Counted from the first letter of the stretch, positions 1 to 10,921 are shown. The stretch: DNA of 58,672 nt from Candidatus Thorarchaeota archaeon (GCA_048882045.1 JBHLRZ010000021.1:1-58672), one strand, 5' to 3'. Translations and numbers: made by a program. Notes: generated by a model not told the origin, from the letters alone.

Positions 1-107
1 CCCATACCAGGACCCATAGCAGTCGCTGTTGATGCTGTTGTTCCCAGAAGTGCTACCATCAGGAACAGTCCAATAATCAATTTTCGAATATTCCTCAGAT
101 TATTCAC
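1..107 (-). CDS. N-terminus of a secreted/surface protein (partial, runs off the window)
   Basis: Hand translation from GTG at 107: MNNLRNIRKLIIGLFLMVALLGTTASTATAMGPGM. Basic N-region, hydrophobic stretch and A-x-A are signal-peptide-like. Confidence 0.65.
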   Translation of the reverse strand, partial: MNNLRNIRKLIIGLFLMVALLGTTASTATAMGPGM

Positions 108-253
108 CTAAAAGAGAGTTTCATTCTAGTATTTATAATGACCATTTTGTAGCAAATCAAACTAGGGCATCAAAACAGAGATATGATGGCCCTTTCCAGA
201 TATTGAACCTTTATGGATGCTTTAAAGCCTTAGAGGAGTAAAATATCTCTGGT

Positions 254-586
254 TTGAAAGAGAGTCGAGAATTTATTAGGTTCCATGAGAGCGTGCAATC
301 TAGGAGAACACGATTCATTTTGGCAGCAGATATCGAAGAAAGAACTCAGTTTGACTGGTTCAGTATAGCGAGAATCCACGAAATCCGTGGACAGCATGAA
401 GATGCATTGAAAGCATATGAAGAATCGGTCAAGTTGGATCCGACTTATGCCAAAGCCTGGTTCTATAAGGCGAAACTTCACTACAAGTTAGGTCAGAAGA
501 AAAAGGCAGAGGACTGTGTAAAACAAGTACTCGAACTGGAACCAGACTGGAAAAAGTACATCGAGCAGTATATGCCAGGCCTTTAG
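254..586 (+). CDS. TPR repeat protein
   Basis: TPR consensus (ALKAYEESVKLDPTYAKAWFYKA; VLELEP). Confidence 0.85.
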   Translation: MKESREFIRFHESVQSRRTRFILAADIEERTQFDWFSIARIHEIRGQHEDALKAYEESVKLDPTYAKAWFYKAKLHYKLGQKKKAEDCVKQVLELEPDWKKYIEQYMPGL

Positions 587-1030
587 TTACTTGAGAGCGG
601 CGGACGAATCAGGATAGAGAAGAACATAGACAGCTTGGTTGAGGGTCAAGATCTTCCTGTCGACCCACTCCATGACCATCTTCACATTCTCAGCTGATGA
701 CACACGAGTGAGTGCCTCAATTGTAGGTTCCTTACTCATAGGTAGTTTGAGAAGTTCTTCAATGGTCTGTACCAGAATCATTTGACGGACATCAGGAGCT
801 GTCTTGGTTAGCCAATAGAGGACATTGTCTTTTGTTTCCTTGTTGACTCCAGATGAGGCCTCATTAAGAGCATTGGAGATCTCAGACTCGGTGTCGCTTT
901 CCTTCAAATCCTTGAGTTCGGCTGTGATTATCCTAACTATAGCCTCAGTGTTTGCAGGATCATGACTGAGGATATCGATAAGATCTGAACGAGCCTGCAA
1001 TGGACCCTCAAAGTCTTCATCTTTACTCAA
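587..1030 (-). CDS. Hypothetical helical protein
   Basis: 147-aa ORF with GGAG upstream of the TTG start; an internal sequence repeat is possible. Confidence 0.7.
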   Translation of the reverse strand: MSKDEDFEGPLQARSDLIDILSHDPANTEAIVRIITAELKDLKESDTESEISNALNEASSGVNKETKDNVLYWLTKTAPDVRQMILVQTIEELLKLPMSKEPTIEALTRVSSAENVKMVMEWVDRKILTLNQAVYVLLYPDSSAALK

Positions 1031-1137
1031 GGTCTAACATCTCCTGTTTTTCTTCCGTGGTGTACAGGGATGAACTCTTGCTAGTGGTTAATATGTGTGT
1101 CTTGTGGGTATCATTTGTACTAGAAAATACGATTTCT

Positions 1138-1881
1138 CTAAATCATATCAACCATATCAGATACTGATTCCAGAATATAGTCAGGTGTCGAACTCACACC
1201 ATGTTTTTCCACAAGGTCTGAGAGGGACCGTTCCCTATTGTTGATCCAAATAGTAGTCATCCCTGCTCGTTTGGCCCCAACCATGTCAGCATAGTATTCA
1301 TCTCCGATATAGACGATCTTTGAAATATCCACATTGAGGTTTCTTGCCGCTTGTTCGAATGGTATTCTTGATGGTTTGTAGGTCTGGATCGATTCGCCAT
1401 CCAGAATAGTTGAGAAATAATGTAGCAGGTTCAGGTTTGTCAGTATGATTCTGGCATGACCTTCAAAACTGTTTGAGATGACTCCAAGTTTCTTGCCTTT
1501 TGCTGTGAGGGATTCAAGCACTTCGACGACATTGTCTCTAACCGTTGACAACTCGATATGCAATGATTTGAAGCGGTAAAATGCCTCTTCGATCAATTCA
1601 GGGGCTACATCGAGTTTCAATACGGACAAGCTATATTCCATTGCTGACCTGACGATGTCTGACGGATTTCTGTAAGGAGCGCCATCCACAATCTCCTGGA
1701 TTGCCTGACGATATCTTATTACAAGAGTCCGAACATAGGTGCTCATCTCCTCTTCAGAGTAATGACCGGATTTCCTGAGGAGCCATTCACTAGCAATCAT
1801 TGGATAGTCTTGTGTGTTGGTCAGAGTGGAGTCAAGGTCAAAGACCACTGCCTCAAATCTAGCAAAGTCGATCGAAACCAA
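1138..1881 (-). CDS. HAD-superfamily hydrolase (IA)
   Basis: FDLDSTL motif I, ISN motif II, KP, IGDEYYAD motif IV. Confidence 0.9.
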   Translation of the reverse strand: MVSIDFARFEAVVFDLDSTLTNTQDYPMIASEWLLRKSGHYSEEEMSTYVRTLVIRYRQAIQEIVDGAPYRNPSDIVRSAMEYSLSVLKLDVAPELIEEAFYRFKSLHIELSTVRDNVVEVLESLTAKGKKLGVISNSFEGHARIILTNLNLLHYFSTILDGESIQTYKPSRIPFEQAARNLNVDISKIVYIGDEYYADMVGAKRAGMTTIWINNRERSLSDLVEKHGVSSTPDYILESVSDMVDMI

Positions 1882-1901
1882 AGCGCGTCACTCTCCAGCG
1901 C

Positions 1902-2672
1902 TCAACTACCTTTGCCAAGATAGATTCCGTTAGGGTCGAGTTGATGCATGATCTCGAGCTGATCTTGGGTTGGTTCTGATGTGGTTGGCACTTCATCTGG
2001 AATGATCAGGTCAAACATCACATTATCCAAGATGTCCTGAGCTGTATAACCAGGATGAACAGATTTTAGTCGAATCTTGAGAGTTTCAGGTTCGAAGTCC
2101 ATTTGACACATGTCTGTAATGACTACATCTGGACCATTCCCAACCATGGACCACTTCTCACGAGACCCAGGGCCCTCAAGATGACCAGGGGAGGTCATGT
2201 AATCGAGTTCTTTCACGAACTTACGTTTGTCATGAGTCATCATGACGATTAGCCGTTTTGCCGAGGAGGCGATATCGTTGCCGCCACCGGATCCAGGCAG
2301 CTTGACCTTTGGTTTCTCATACGGACCGATGTAGCTAGTGTTGAGGTTTCCATACTCATCAATCTGAGCGGCACCGAGGAATCCTACATCAATGCGGCCA
2401 CCTTGAAGAAGGAACCCAAGGGTTTCGATGAGACCTATGGAAGCTGAGCTGCCATAGTAATAGCGAGTGTCCGCTACTGAAAGTGGTACCTCTCTGGGAC
2501 GGGCATCGATAAATCCAGCCTCTGATATCAGGTTAGATCGAGGAGCGTGAGTTTCCTTGGCAAGAAGGGCTGCAAGTAAAGGCATCCCGGTCCCACCGAA
2601 CACATTCTCTCCGTCACGCACATGGCTTGAAGCACAAGCGATGAGAAATTCGGTCTTAGTATATTCCACCAT
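1902..2672 (-). CDS. Family I CoA-transferase beta subunit (glutaconate/3-oxoadipate type)
   Basis: SEAG catalytic Glu, GAAQIDEYGNLN, GSGGGND. Start placed at MVEY just after the alpha-subunit stop. Confidence 0.9.
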   Translation of the reverse strand: MVEYTKTEFLIACASSHVRDGENVFGGTGMPLLAALLAKETHAPRSNLISEAGFIDARPREVPLSVADTRYYYGSSASIGLIETLGFLLQGGRIDVGFLGAAQIDEYGNLNTSYIGPYEKPKVKLPGSGGGNDIASSAKRLIVMMTHDKRKFVKELDYMTSPGHLEGPGSREKWSMVGNGPDVVITDMCQMDFEPETLKIRLKSVHPGYTAQDILDNVMFDLIIPDEVPTTSEPTQDQLEIMHQLDPNGIYLGKGS

Positions 2673-2674
2673 CG

Positions 2675-3589
2675 TCAGTACCCCCATGGTTTCGTTGCCT
2701 TCAGTTGCATTAAACGTGGCCAACCAACGAGGTCCAAGTATCCATAATGGTCATCCACACCTAAGATGTATCCATTCAGGTATTCTTGCCAACCTTCCTC
2801 TGTTTGAGTAAGTTTGTGGAACATCATCAGATGCTCCAAATCGTAGTCATAGTAGTCATGGCACATCATTGGATGAGCCACATAGGGCAAGACAACAACA
2901 TGGTCAACATACATAGCTGGAATCTTTGTCTGGTCAGGGCGAGACCGCACTTCTTCTTCATCTATGATTTCTTCAGCCAAAACAATTAGTTTCTTTCCAC
3001 ATCGTGATCCTTCGATGTCCTCTCCCACGATGCCATCAATTTGGGCATTCCCAGTCTTGTCAACTCGCTGTACGTGCACTATACTGAAGTCAGGTTGAAG
3101 TGATGGAACAACAGTAAGTTTCTGACCGGTAAAGGGACAGTCAATGACCTTTAGCTTGTTTTCACCTCGATATCTAGACTTACGAACCATGTCCGTACCC
3201 ATCATGCTACGGAGAGGCATGAATGGAACATTGAGCGACCCACCCAAGAACCTCATTGCCATTGCGAGGTTCGTATAGTCTTCCACCTCAAGAACTCCCT
3301 CTGCTACTCTGCGGCGTATGTTGTTGGAAAGTCCAAGAGCTTCTATTGCAGAGAAAGCAATCTCGTAGCGATTGACAACTCCAGCCCCAGCCATGATCTC
3401 TAAGTCCACCTCAGACCCACAAGTGTACACTGTGATGTTTCGCTTCTTCTGACGCACTAGCTCATGAGAGAATGCGATTGGGGGTCTCTGATATCCGAAA
3501 CCACCCCAAAAAATACCATCTCCATCGTTCACCTTCTTTGCAGCTTCTGCAAGGGTGATACGTTTGTCTTCAACTTCAGACTCTGTCAA
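2675..3589 (-). CDS. Family I CoA-transferase alpha subunit
   Basis: GGFGYQRPP, PFMPLRS, CPFTG, HVQRVD..GN; adjacent to the beta subunit. Confidence 0.9.
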   Translation of the reverse strand: MTESEVEDKRITLAEAAKKVNDGDGIFWGGFGYQRPPIAFSHELVRQKKRNITVYTCGSEVDLEIMAGAGVVNRYEIAFSAIEALGLSNNIRRRVAEGVLEVEDYTNLAMAMRFLGGSLNVPFMPLRSMMGTDMVRKSRYRGENKLKVIDCPFTGQKLTVVPSLQPDFSIVHVQRVDKTGNAQIDGIVGEDIEGSRCGKKLIVLAEEIIDEEEVRSRPDQTKIPAMYVDHVVVLPYVAHPMMCHDYYDYDLEHLMMFHKLTQTEEGWQEYLNGYILGVDDHYGYLDLVGWPRLMQLKATKPWGY

Positions 3590-3670
3590 ATTATCTCACC
3601 TGGAAGATGTGTCTTCCGGATTAACTGGGCGGGTCAGTAAATATGTGCCTTTTATCTTTGACGTGCCAGC

Positions 3671-4042
3671 TCAAGAGAATATCAAATCGAAAAGTGAGAA
3701 GAAGAATATAATCCAAGAGATAACAGGGAGTATGAAACACAAGATGCAGAAGATTATACAACCTCTTCCACAATCATTTGCCTGTGTAGAGGGACTCTCC
3801 ACAGTCCATGGAACCTGAGTTTCATAGATGCTTGGATCATCGTATCCATAGTCATCAGGACCGTGATATTGAACGGATTCGCGTCTGTCCTGTTCAGGGA
3901 GAGAGAAAGATCCGAATCCTGGCATGTACTCGAAAAGTCCACCACAAGAACTGCATCTCAGTTTTATCTTGTTGTCGTAGTCAATCTCTCTCTGAGTTCG
4001 TACGGTCTGTCCACAGTATGGGCATTCAGTAGATTCTGACAT
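3671..4042 (-). CDS. Zinc-ribbon protein with C-terminal membrane anchor
   Basis: CPYC...CSSC, then a Cys-rich hydrophobic C-terminus. Confidence 0.75.
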   Translation of the reverse strand: MSESTECPYCGQTVRTQREIDYDNKIKLRCSSCGGLFEYMPGFGSFSLPEQDRRESVQYHGPDDYGYDDPSIYETQVPWTVESPSTQANDCGRGCIIFCILCFILPVISWIIFFFSLFDLIFS

Positions 4043-4128
4043 AGTCTTCAGGTCAGCTTAATTTGAGCAGTTTTAAACCTGACTCGATGATACCTAAAAA
4101 TAAAAGGGGGTTGTTCTTCGCGACGATT

Positions 4129-4758
4129 ATGTCTGCTTATGATAGGTGTCCATCAACGACATTCCCTGGGATTATGGGAATTCTTGGACCATTTGTTGCA
4201 TTGGTTTCAATCACTATAGCGATTTTACTTTCTATTTCGTGGTTCACTTGGGATGGAAATGCCCTTAGTGACCTCGGAAACTATGACAATGGACTGCCAG
4301 CCGCAATCGTGTTCAATGTCGGTTTAGTCCTGACAGGAATCCTATTGCTTGCTTTCACCATCTGCTTCGTAAGAACAATAGCAGACAAACCAACGAAGAT
4401 TGGTGTGATCCCGTTCTTTATAGCGCTGGTCTTCCTCATCTTGATTGGCATTTTGTCTGAGAATGCAGGAAGGATTCACTACTATGTATCTGTAGGTTTC
4501 TTTCTCAGTTTTCCATTTGCAATGTGGTTTGTGGGAATCGGATGGCTCAGATTCAGAAGACTGTGGTGGTTTTCATTGATATCCATTCTTCTTCCTTTCT
4601 TCTGTCTCTATATGTGGTTAGGTTGGTATGGGGGTATCTTCCCCTTCTGGACAGGTAATGCAATTCCTGAGATTACAACAGCCTTCACAGGAATTGGGTG
4701 GCTCTGGATAATATGGATGCTTTATCACAAAGAGAAACTTCCAGAAATTACCGGATAA
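4129..4758 (+). CDS. DUF998-like membrane protein
   Basis: WF.W..NALSDLG, FN.GL, H..VS..FF, IPE motifs; multiple TM segments. Start uncertain (4063-4129). Confidence 0.8.
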   Translation: MSAYDRCPSTTFPGIMGILGPFVALVSITIAILLSISWFTWDGNALSDLGNYDNGLPAAIVFNVGLVLTGILLLAFTICFVRTIADKPTKIGVIPFFIALVFLILIGILSENAGRIHYYVSVGFFLSFPFAMWFVGIGWLRFRRLWWFSLISILLPFFCLYMWLGWYGGIFPFWTGNAIPEITTAFTGIGWLWIIWMLYHKEKLPEITG

Positions 4759-4822
4759 GTCGATCTGCAACTAAACAAATGAGTTATGAGCAAATTATGG
4801 AACTTGTTCATGGTGTTTCAGT

Positions 4823-5485
4823 ATGGGAGTGAAAATAAGATGGTTGGGTCATGCTAGCTTTCAGATAAAATCAGACGACAATGTGATATATCTTGACCTC
4901 TATCGCTCAAAGAATCTGAGAAAGCGTGTTCCGGATAAGCTCGAACCAGCAACAATTGTCCTAGTTACACACGCGCACAACGACCACTGTTTTCCAGAAG
5001 CGATCAACGAAGTACGGGGTGACAAAACCTATGTTGTCGCTCCTAAGAACTGTGGAGATAAACTGGATTATCCATTTGATTCACTACAACCTGGGGAAGA
5101 GAAGACAATCAACGACATCAAGGTCAAAGCAGTGCATGCATATAATGTGAAACGTTTTCGGTCACCTGGAAATCCATTCCATCCCAAGGGATTTGGAGTG
5201 GGATATCTATTGACTATTGGAGAAAAGACAATCTACTTCGCTGGAGATACTGACGTGATCCCAGAGATGAAAGACATAGGACCTGTAGATGTAGCCCTTC
5301 TTCCCTGCGGTGATACATATACTATGGACAACAAAGATGCTGCAGAGGCCACTCTATTGATTAATCCAAAGGCAGTCATTCCAATGCACACTTGGGACAA
5401 AAGTGTAGACGATTTCAAAAAGGGGATAGCAGACACAAAGACAGTATTCATACCTCTGCGAGAGGGAGAAGTATACGACCTCTAG
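4823..5485 (+). CDS. Metallo-beta-lactamase-fold hydrolase (UlaG-like)
   Basis: WLGHASF, THAHNDH, YFAGDT, IPMH. Confidence 0.9.
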   Translation: MGVKIRWLGHASFQIKSDDNVIYLDLYRSKNLRKRVPDKLEPATIVLVTHAHNDHCFPEAINEVRGDKTYVVAPKNCGDKLDYPFDSLQPGEEKTINDIKVKAVHAYNVKRFRSPGNPFHPKGFGVGYLLTIGEKTIYFAGDTDVIPEMKDIGPVDVALLPCGDTYTMDNKDAAEATLLINPKAVIPMHTWDKSVDDFKKGIADTKTVFIPLREGEVYDL

Positions 5486-7641
5486 CTGACTTCAACCCAT
5501 ATTGGTCCGATGTATGTTGTGCGTCCATTGCCCCCAACAATGCGAATGATGTAAAAATCCACTCCATTAGTGTGGAGGGTAGTGGGATCAATAGGATTGT
5601 CGCTGTACTCATTGATATAGTACTGACCGTTAATCAGAACGCTGCTTTCAACCCCGTAGCTTGCGCCAGTCACTGCAGTTGAGTCAATATATGTTAGATT
5701 CACCACAGGTTGGGCCACAGTGATGCTAGTAAGAAGTTCTCCATTCTTAATTATCTCAACTCTCGCATTCCAATCAGGAACCCAGTTTTCTGTAACCGTA
5801 GCGGCGAGGGTGCGGGTTGCTGCTGGTGCACCATCTTGAGCTAAAATAATCTGTAGCACTCTTGGATCTAAGCCATCACTGACCGAAACAGTTGAGTTGC
5901 CACCCACACCTACACCATTGATTGTGAAATTGAGAAGGGGGCGACCATAATCGGAGGTTGCGTAAATCATCTGTCGTTCTAGTGCTGTAAAGATAGAATC
6001 ACGTGTGAGGTCAGAAGCATAGACTGCAGTCAGACCTCCAGGATATGGATGCTCATTTCGGGTATGCCAAACACTCCAGGGTCTTTGAATCCCAATGAAT
6101 GCAGGTGTGTGACTCAGGGAGTGACCAGGATGTCCATCATGTTGGTCACTTGCAGCATAGAGTGTCATCCGATAACCCATTCGAAATGCATCAATTATTG
6201 ATGTCCCATTCTGATACATTGGAGGCGGCGTGATCAATCCAACATAGTTTAGAGGATGACGTTGTTCATAGAGACACTCCCCGTGGACTGAGGTCACTTC
6301 AGCGATTTTTACATACCTCGGATTAATGTATGTCCAGTCATGTAGATATTGCTTCTGTGTGGTGTGATGGGGGAGTGCTAATGCTCTACAATCATTCTCT
6401 TCAGTAAAGTTATCAAGCGCATCCCATAGGCCATCTGTTGTTGGAATAGTCAGATAAGAGAGAAGAGGATCCTTGAGTAACTCCCCTCCGCTAAAGATGC
6501 AGGTGTAGTGACCTGTGCGTGTATTTGTCCACTCAATTCCGTGAAAGGTGACGAACTGATCAGGTGCATAGGCTGCGTTTGTTGCCTGCTCCAAGACATT
6601 GAGACTGTTGACTCCAAACAGCATTATTTCGCCGTGGTCGGTCATTGATATGAAGTCAAGACATGCCACATATCGACCATAATAGAAACCATGCTCCGCG
6701 GATCCTGTCCCATCCGATAGCTCAGAGTGATTGTGTACATCGCCCCAGAAGATGTCCAAGCTACTGTCGCTAGGCTCACGGATAATGACTGGATTACTAT
6801 AGTAAGTGTTCTCAGTCAATGAGTCATGAACTAGGATATAGTGAATTCCGGGAGTGTCGATTGTAACTGAGAATACATGGAGACCGTTGTCATTGCCATC
6901 TTGGACCATATATGCGATATCGGAACCAATCTCATGACCCGTGAATGTATAAGATTGTGGAAGGTCAGAAATAGCGTCTATTTCGATATAGGTAGAGCAG
7001 TTGTACGACTCGATTGAGAAGGTCACGGTTCCCTTATACGTGGCACTCAGCCGCTCGTAAGAGTCCCATGCTTCAACAGTGATCTCGAAACTCTCAGAAG
7101 CTACTGCTGTTGAGGGACACTTCACCCAGAGTAAAGTGGGTTCGTTGTTGAACATAACTCCATAATCCAAGTTGACACTAGACCACATGATGATCGGGGA
7201 GATGAGGACCATGAAGACAGAGAACTGGACAAGATTTTGTGACAATGTTCTCCTTCTTTGGTTGATAGATTGGACTAGAGCGGGAGTGGACCTCCCAAAA
7301 CGAAACCATGCCCAGTGTATGGAGGATGCGAGTGAATAGAAAGCAAAGATGGCTATTGAGGAATATACTGCTGTGGTCAAAGGAGCCATTGTTTTGACGT
7401 GATGTGCGAGAAGGGGAGAAACACCTGAGGATATGGTCAGAATGACTCCGTGTCTTGACCACGCAGTTCCCTGAAATACTTTGAAGAATACAATTCCAAT
7501 GAAAAGTCCAATGAAACTGAAGAAGAACCAGCAAGTGCTGAAAATTCCGAAGAAGAAGACTAGGGGTTTCAGAATTCGTACAAGTATAGCGGCAGTTGGG
7601 TGAGCGCTGACTGTCGATCCATCAGACACTTCTGTGCACAT
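5482..7641 (-). CDS. Membrane-anchored PHP-domain (DUF3604-like) metallohydrolase
   Basis: WGDVHNHSELSDG, TDH, GIEWT, PHHT, SDQHDGHPG; N-terminal TM helices. Confidence 0.8.
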   Translation of the reverse strand: MCTEVSDGSTVSAHPTAAILVRILKPLVFFFGIFSTCWFFFSFIGLFIGIVFFKVFQGTAWSRHGVILTISSGVSPLLAHHVKTMAPLTTAVYSSIAIFAFYSLASSIHWAWFRFGRSTPALVQSINQRRRTLSQNLVQFSVFMVLISPIIMWSSVNLDYGVMFNNEPTLLWVKCPSTAVASESFEITVEAWDSYERLSATYKGTVTFSIESYNCSTYIEIDAISDLPQSYTFTGHEIGSDIAYMVQDGNDNGLHVFSVTIDTPGIHYILVHDSLTENTYYSNPVIIREPSDSSLDIFWGDVHNHSELSDGTGSAEHGFYYGRYVACLDFISMTDHGEIMLFGVNSLNVLEQATNAAYAPDQFVTFHGIEWTNTRTGHYTCIFSGGELLKDPLLSYLTIPTTDGLWDALDNFTEENDCRALALPHHTTQKQYLHDWTYINPRYVKIAEVTSVHGECLYEQRHPLNYVGLITPPPMYQNGTSIIDAFRMGYRMTLYAASDQHDGHPGHSLSHTPAFIGIQRPWSVWHTRNEHPYPGGLTAVYASDLTRDSIFTALERQMIYATSDYGRPLLNFTINGVGVGGNSTVSVSDGLDPRVLQIILAQDGAPAATRTLAATVTENWVPDWNARVEIIKNGELLTSITVAQPVVNLTYIDSTAVTGASYGVESSVLINGQYYINEYSDNPIDPTTLHTNGVDFYIIRIVGGNGRTTYIGPIWVEVS

Positions 7642-7806
7642 CCAATTACGAATTAGTAGTAGAATTACTGATACTCAACCGACATTTAACAACATTCATT
7701 CCTTGTTTTAACGAAAGTTCATATTCTTTCAAGAAATAGCTCTCTTGAGTTTGACTTTTCGGATGACTCGTGGAGGGAATTTGTCATAGGAGCCGCTCTC
7801 GATACA

Positions 7807-8517
7807 TTGGTTACCCTGTTGATATACAGCACGATCTCAGTTGTTGTTATCATGCTGCCAACAGTATGGGGGAGAGCCCTGAAAGGCAATTTGAAGACTA
7901 GCATACTCAGAAAAAAACCACTCCTAGTCCCATCATTGGTCTTCGTCATCACGACATTGGTGGTGTCGGCATATGTACCCCTACCAATGTCAGTATATCA
8001 CGGATCGCATCAACAGGATGTGAATTTTCTTGGGGAAGGAAGGTTCGCAGTGTACGAAACTATCGCTTATGATAATGCTCGGATACGAATCAGACGAAGC
8101 TTGGAAGTTGATGAAAGAGTAGAGTTCTTCGCGAACTTCTCTCAGGATGGCGAAGTGATTCAGTATCTGGCTGTGAACATTACATATAATGATCTTGATG
8201 AAAACTATATGGTCAACGAAATTCTCAGTCTTGAACCCGGGTTGTATGATTTTGAAATGACGTATACATTCTACAAGTCAGATGTCATTCAGAGTGACGA
8301 ATATGTGGACATCTTGCTTTATCAGCCGATCAATTCATCATTCTTACCAGAAGTTATTGATTGGGCATCATATCAATTCATACTAGGTTTCGGGCTTCTC
8401 TTCTTTTTCCTCGTAGGACTCATCATAGGAAGGGAAAGGAAGTCCAGAAAAAGTGAGGAACCAGTTGATCAAGAACCTCCCAGAGATGAGACCTATAGCA
8501 AGAGATACAAAGTATAG
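7807..8517 (+). CDS. Hypothetical membrane protein
   Basis: TM segments at both ends. The frame is open upstream to ~7690, so the start is uncertain. Confidence 0.7.
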   Translation: MVTLLIYSTISVVVIMLPTVWGRALKGNLKTSILRKKPLLVPSLVFVITTLVVSAYVPLPMSVYHGSHQQDVNFLGEGRFAVYETIAYDNARIRIRRSLEVDERVEFFANFSQDGEVIQYLAVNITYNDLDENYMVNEILSLEPGLYDFEMTYTFYKSDVIQSDEYVDILLYQPINSSFLPEVIDWASYQFILGFGLLFFFLVGLIIGRERKSRKSEEPVDQEPPRDETYSKRYKV

Positions 8518-8528
8518 GATTTGGCATG

Positions 8529-9482
8529 CTAGAGGAAGGGCAAGACACTATGGACAAATTTCTCACTCATTTCAATCTCTCTTTCGTAGGGGAATAGAAG
8601 AGGAAAGTGAGTGAATCCCATCCCTAGTAGATGTTCATATTGAGCGGATATCTCCTCTGGAGATCCAGCCCAGGATCCAGGAAGACTGGACTGTTTCTCT
8701 AAATATGCTGCTACTGAGATTCCTTGTTCATGGGCACGTTTTTGATTGAACTTATGAATCTCATTTTCATCCTCTGTGATCAGACAGTACCCTAGGAAGG
8801 TTTTTGAAATCTCATCGAAATTACGATTCAGATCCCTGCAATGTTGTTTCAACACCTTCAATAGTCTATCAAGTCGCTCTGACGCCCAAGGTGAGAAGTT
8901 GCTCATGTCCCCATATTTCGCGACCATACGTAGTGTCCGTTTCTCTCCGTGTCCGCCTATCAGTATTGGAGGATGGGGCTTTTGCACAGGCTTAGGAGCA
9001 AAGACCGCATCACGCAACTGATAGTATTCACCGTCGAAGTTTGCGCGGTCCTCAGTCCACAGAGCTCGAATGACTTGAAGAGCCTCCTCAAGTCGGTCCA
9101 TCCGTTCTTTGAGGGGAGGGAATCGATATCCGTATGCTCTGTACTCGACCTCTTTCCATCCTGCTCCAATACCAAGTATCAGACGTCCCTCTGAGATCAT
9201 GTCAAGTGTTGCAGCAATTTTAGCGAGCATCGCTGGGTTTCGATACGAGTTACCTGTAACCATTACTCCAAGTTGCATACTAGAGGTCTTTGTGGCGAGA
9301 GCAGTGAGCAAGGTCCATGCCTCGAGACTGTTCGTATCTATAGAGTCTTGGTCCTTGAAGAAATGGTCGCAGGTCCATACTGAGTCAAATCCTAAACGCT
9401 CAGCTTTCAGAGTGATTTCCTCAATCGTCTTGTAATCAAATCCGAAAAGCGGCTCGAAGTGGATGCCAAACTTGGGACGCAT
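8529..9482 (-). CDS. LLM-class (probably F420-dependent) oxidoreductase
   Basis: WTCDH, EAWTLL, YRNPAMLAK, LGIGAGW..EY..YG, PKPVQKPHPP. Confidence 0.9.
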   Translation of the reverse strand: MRPKFGIHFEPLFGFDYKTIEEITLKAERLGFDSVWTCDHFFKDQDSIDTNSLEAWTLLTALATKTSSMQLGVMVTGNSYRNPAMLAKIAATLDMISEGRLILGIGAGWKEVEYRAYGYRFPPLKERMDRLEEALQVIRALWTEDRANFDGEYYQLRDAVFAPKPVQKPHPPILIGGHGEKRTLRMVAKYGDMSNFSPWASERLDRLLKVLKQHCRDLNRNFDEISKTFLGYCLITEDENEIHKFNQKRAHEQGISVAAYLEKQSSLPGSWAGSPEEISAQYEHLLGMGFTHFPLLFPYEREIEMSEKFVHSVLPFL

Positions 9483-9636
9483 AATGATACCCAAAAGTGG
9501 TTTCTCAATATGACTGAAAAGGCTTCGGAAGAAAAAGAAAAGGACATGCATTTAGACAAGTCCTCTCTCCTGTTGTTCATCCAATTAATAGGAACAACTA
9601 ATACCCAGCGATTGCTCTCATGGTAGAACCAACCTG

Positions 9637-10848
9637 GTGGAGAAAGATATGACAGATGAGCCCAATCCATCCGAATCTTCTGGATTTAGATGGGTCATCC
9701 TCACACTTGCATGGCTCGTCTATTTCGCCTTTGGACTGATTCTTTCTTCCATACCACCTTTAGTGAGTGTGATAGCTTCAGATCTTTTGTTATCCTACTC
9801 AGAAATGGGGGTCATACTGGGCAGTGTCATTCTAATGTACATACCACTTTCAGTTCCAATTGGAGTGGGGATAGATCGTCTTGGACAGAGAAGGATGATA
9901 TCAATTGGACTTCTCTTCGTTTCCTTGTCAGCAGTTCTACGTTCATTTGTTATCAGTTTTGAAACACTCTTTCTTGTAGTTCTACTCTTCGGATTGGGTG
10001 GTCCAACGATATCAGTCGGTTTAGCAAAAGTAGTAGCTTCATTCTTTGAAGGGCGAGAGCGGGGAATCGCTTCAGGCATCTACATGACTGGATTTTCTGT
10101 TGGTTCCGCTACCGCTTTGGCATTGACCAACTCTGTTCTTCTTCCGCTTGTCGGAACATGGCGCAACGTCTTCTCACTATACGGATTGGTCGGCTTCATT
10201 ATAGCTATGGTATGGATTGTCATTTCTCAAACCGCCTCTCCAGAGCCAGAAGAAAAAGAACGACAACCTCCAATTCGAGATATAATATGGGATCTACTAA
10301 TGGACAAACAGGTCTGGATTGTAACAATCATTGGCTCGACATCATTTTTGGTCTTCTACGGTTTTGGAAATTGGCTTCCAACCCTATTGGAAGGAAAAGG
10401 TTTCAGTCCAGCTGATGCGGGGTATCTGGCATCAATACCCACATGGATTGGACTCATAGGGAGTGCAGTCATCCCGGGTTTAGCATTAGCGGGATCAAGA
10501 AAACCAATCATTGTTGCGATTTTATTGATTGAAGGAGTCTGTATGTATGTTGTTGGAATATCAACAGGTTCCTTTCTTCTCGTTTCATTGATTGTGTTTG
10601 GTGTAACCAGTAGCGCAGTTATGCCGCTCATGCTAGTGGTGATGATGGACCTCCCTGTGGTTGGAGCTGAAAATACAGGAATTGCCAGCGGACTATTCTT
10701 CTCAATCGGACAGATCATGGGCTTCATGGGTCCTCTTCTTGTGGGTTATTTGACGGACCTAACAGGCAGCTTCATTCCAGCGTTGATTCTCTTATCACTC
10801 ATTGTAGGCGTTGTATGTAGTCTCACTCTGATTCTTAGAGAGCACTAG
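9637..10848 (+). CDS. MFS transporter (CynX-like)
   Basis: About 12 TM segments; G..IDRLGQR MFS motif A. Confidence 0.9.
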   Translation: MEKDMTDEPNPSESSGFRWVILTLAWLVYFAFGLILSSIPPLVSVIASDLLLSYSEMGVILGSVILMYIPLSVPIGVGIDRLGQRRMISIGLLFVSLSAVLRSFVISFETLFLVVLLFGLGGPTISVGLAKVVASFFEGRERGIASGIYMTGFSVGSATALALTNSVLLPLVGTWRNVFSLYGLVGFIIAMVWIVISQTASPEPEEKERQPPIRDIIWDLLMDKQVWIVTIIGSTSFLVFYGFGNWLPTLLEGKGFSPADAGYLASIPTWIGLIGSAVIPGLALAGSRKPIIVAILLIEGVCMYVVGISTGSFLLVSLIVFGVTSSAVMPLMLVVMMDLPVVGAENTGIASGLFFSIGQIMGFMGPLLVGYLTDLTGSFIPALILLSLIVGVVCSLTLILREH

Positions 10849-10885
10849 GTCACAATCTTTTAGTGAGATATGAAAACAAGAATAA

Positions 10886-10912
10886 TGCCACAGAGGTTCA
10901 ACCTCCGTGGCA
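10886..10912. terminator. Inverted repeat between convergent genes
   Basis: TGCCAC-A-GAGGT-TCA-ACCTC-C-GTGGCA. Confidence 0.5.
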
Positions 10913-10921
10913 ATCTATTAT

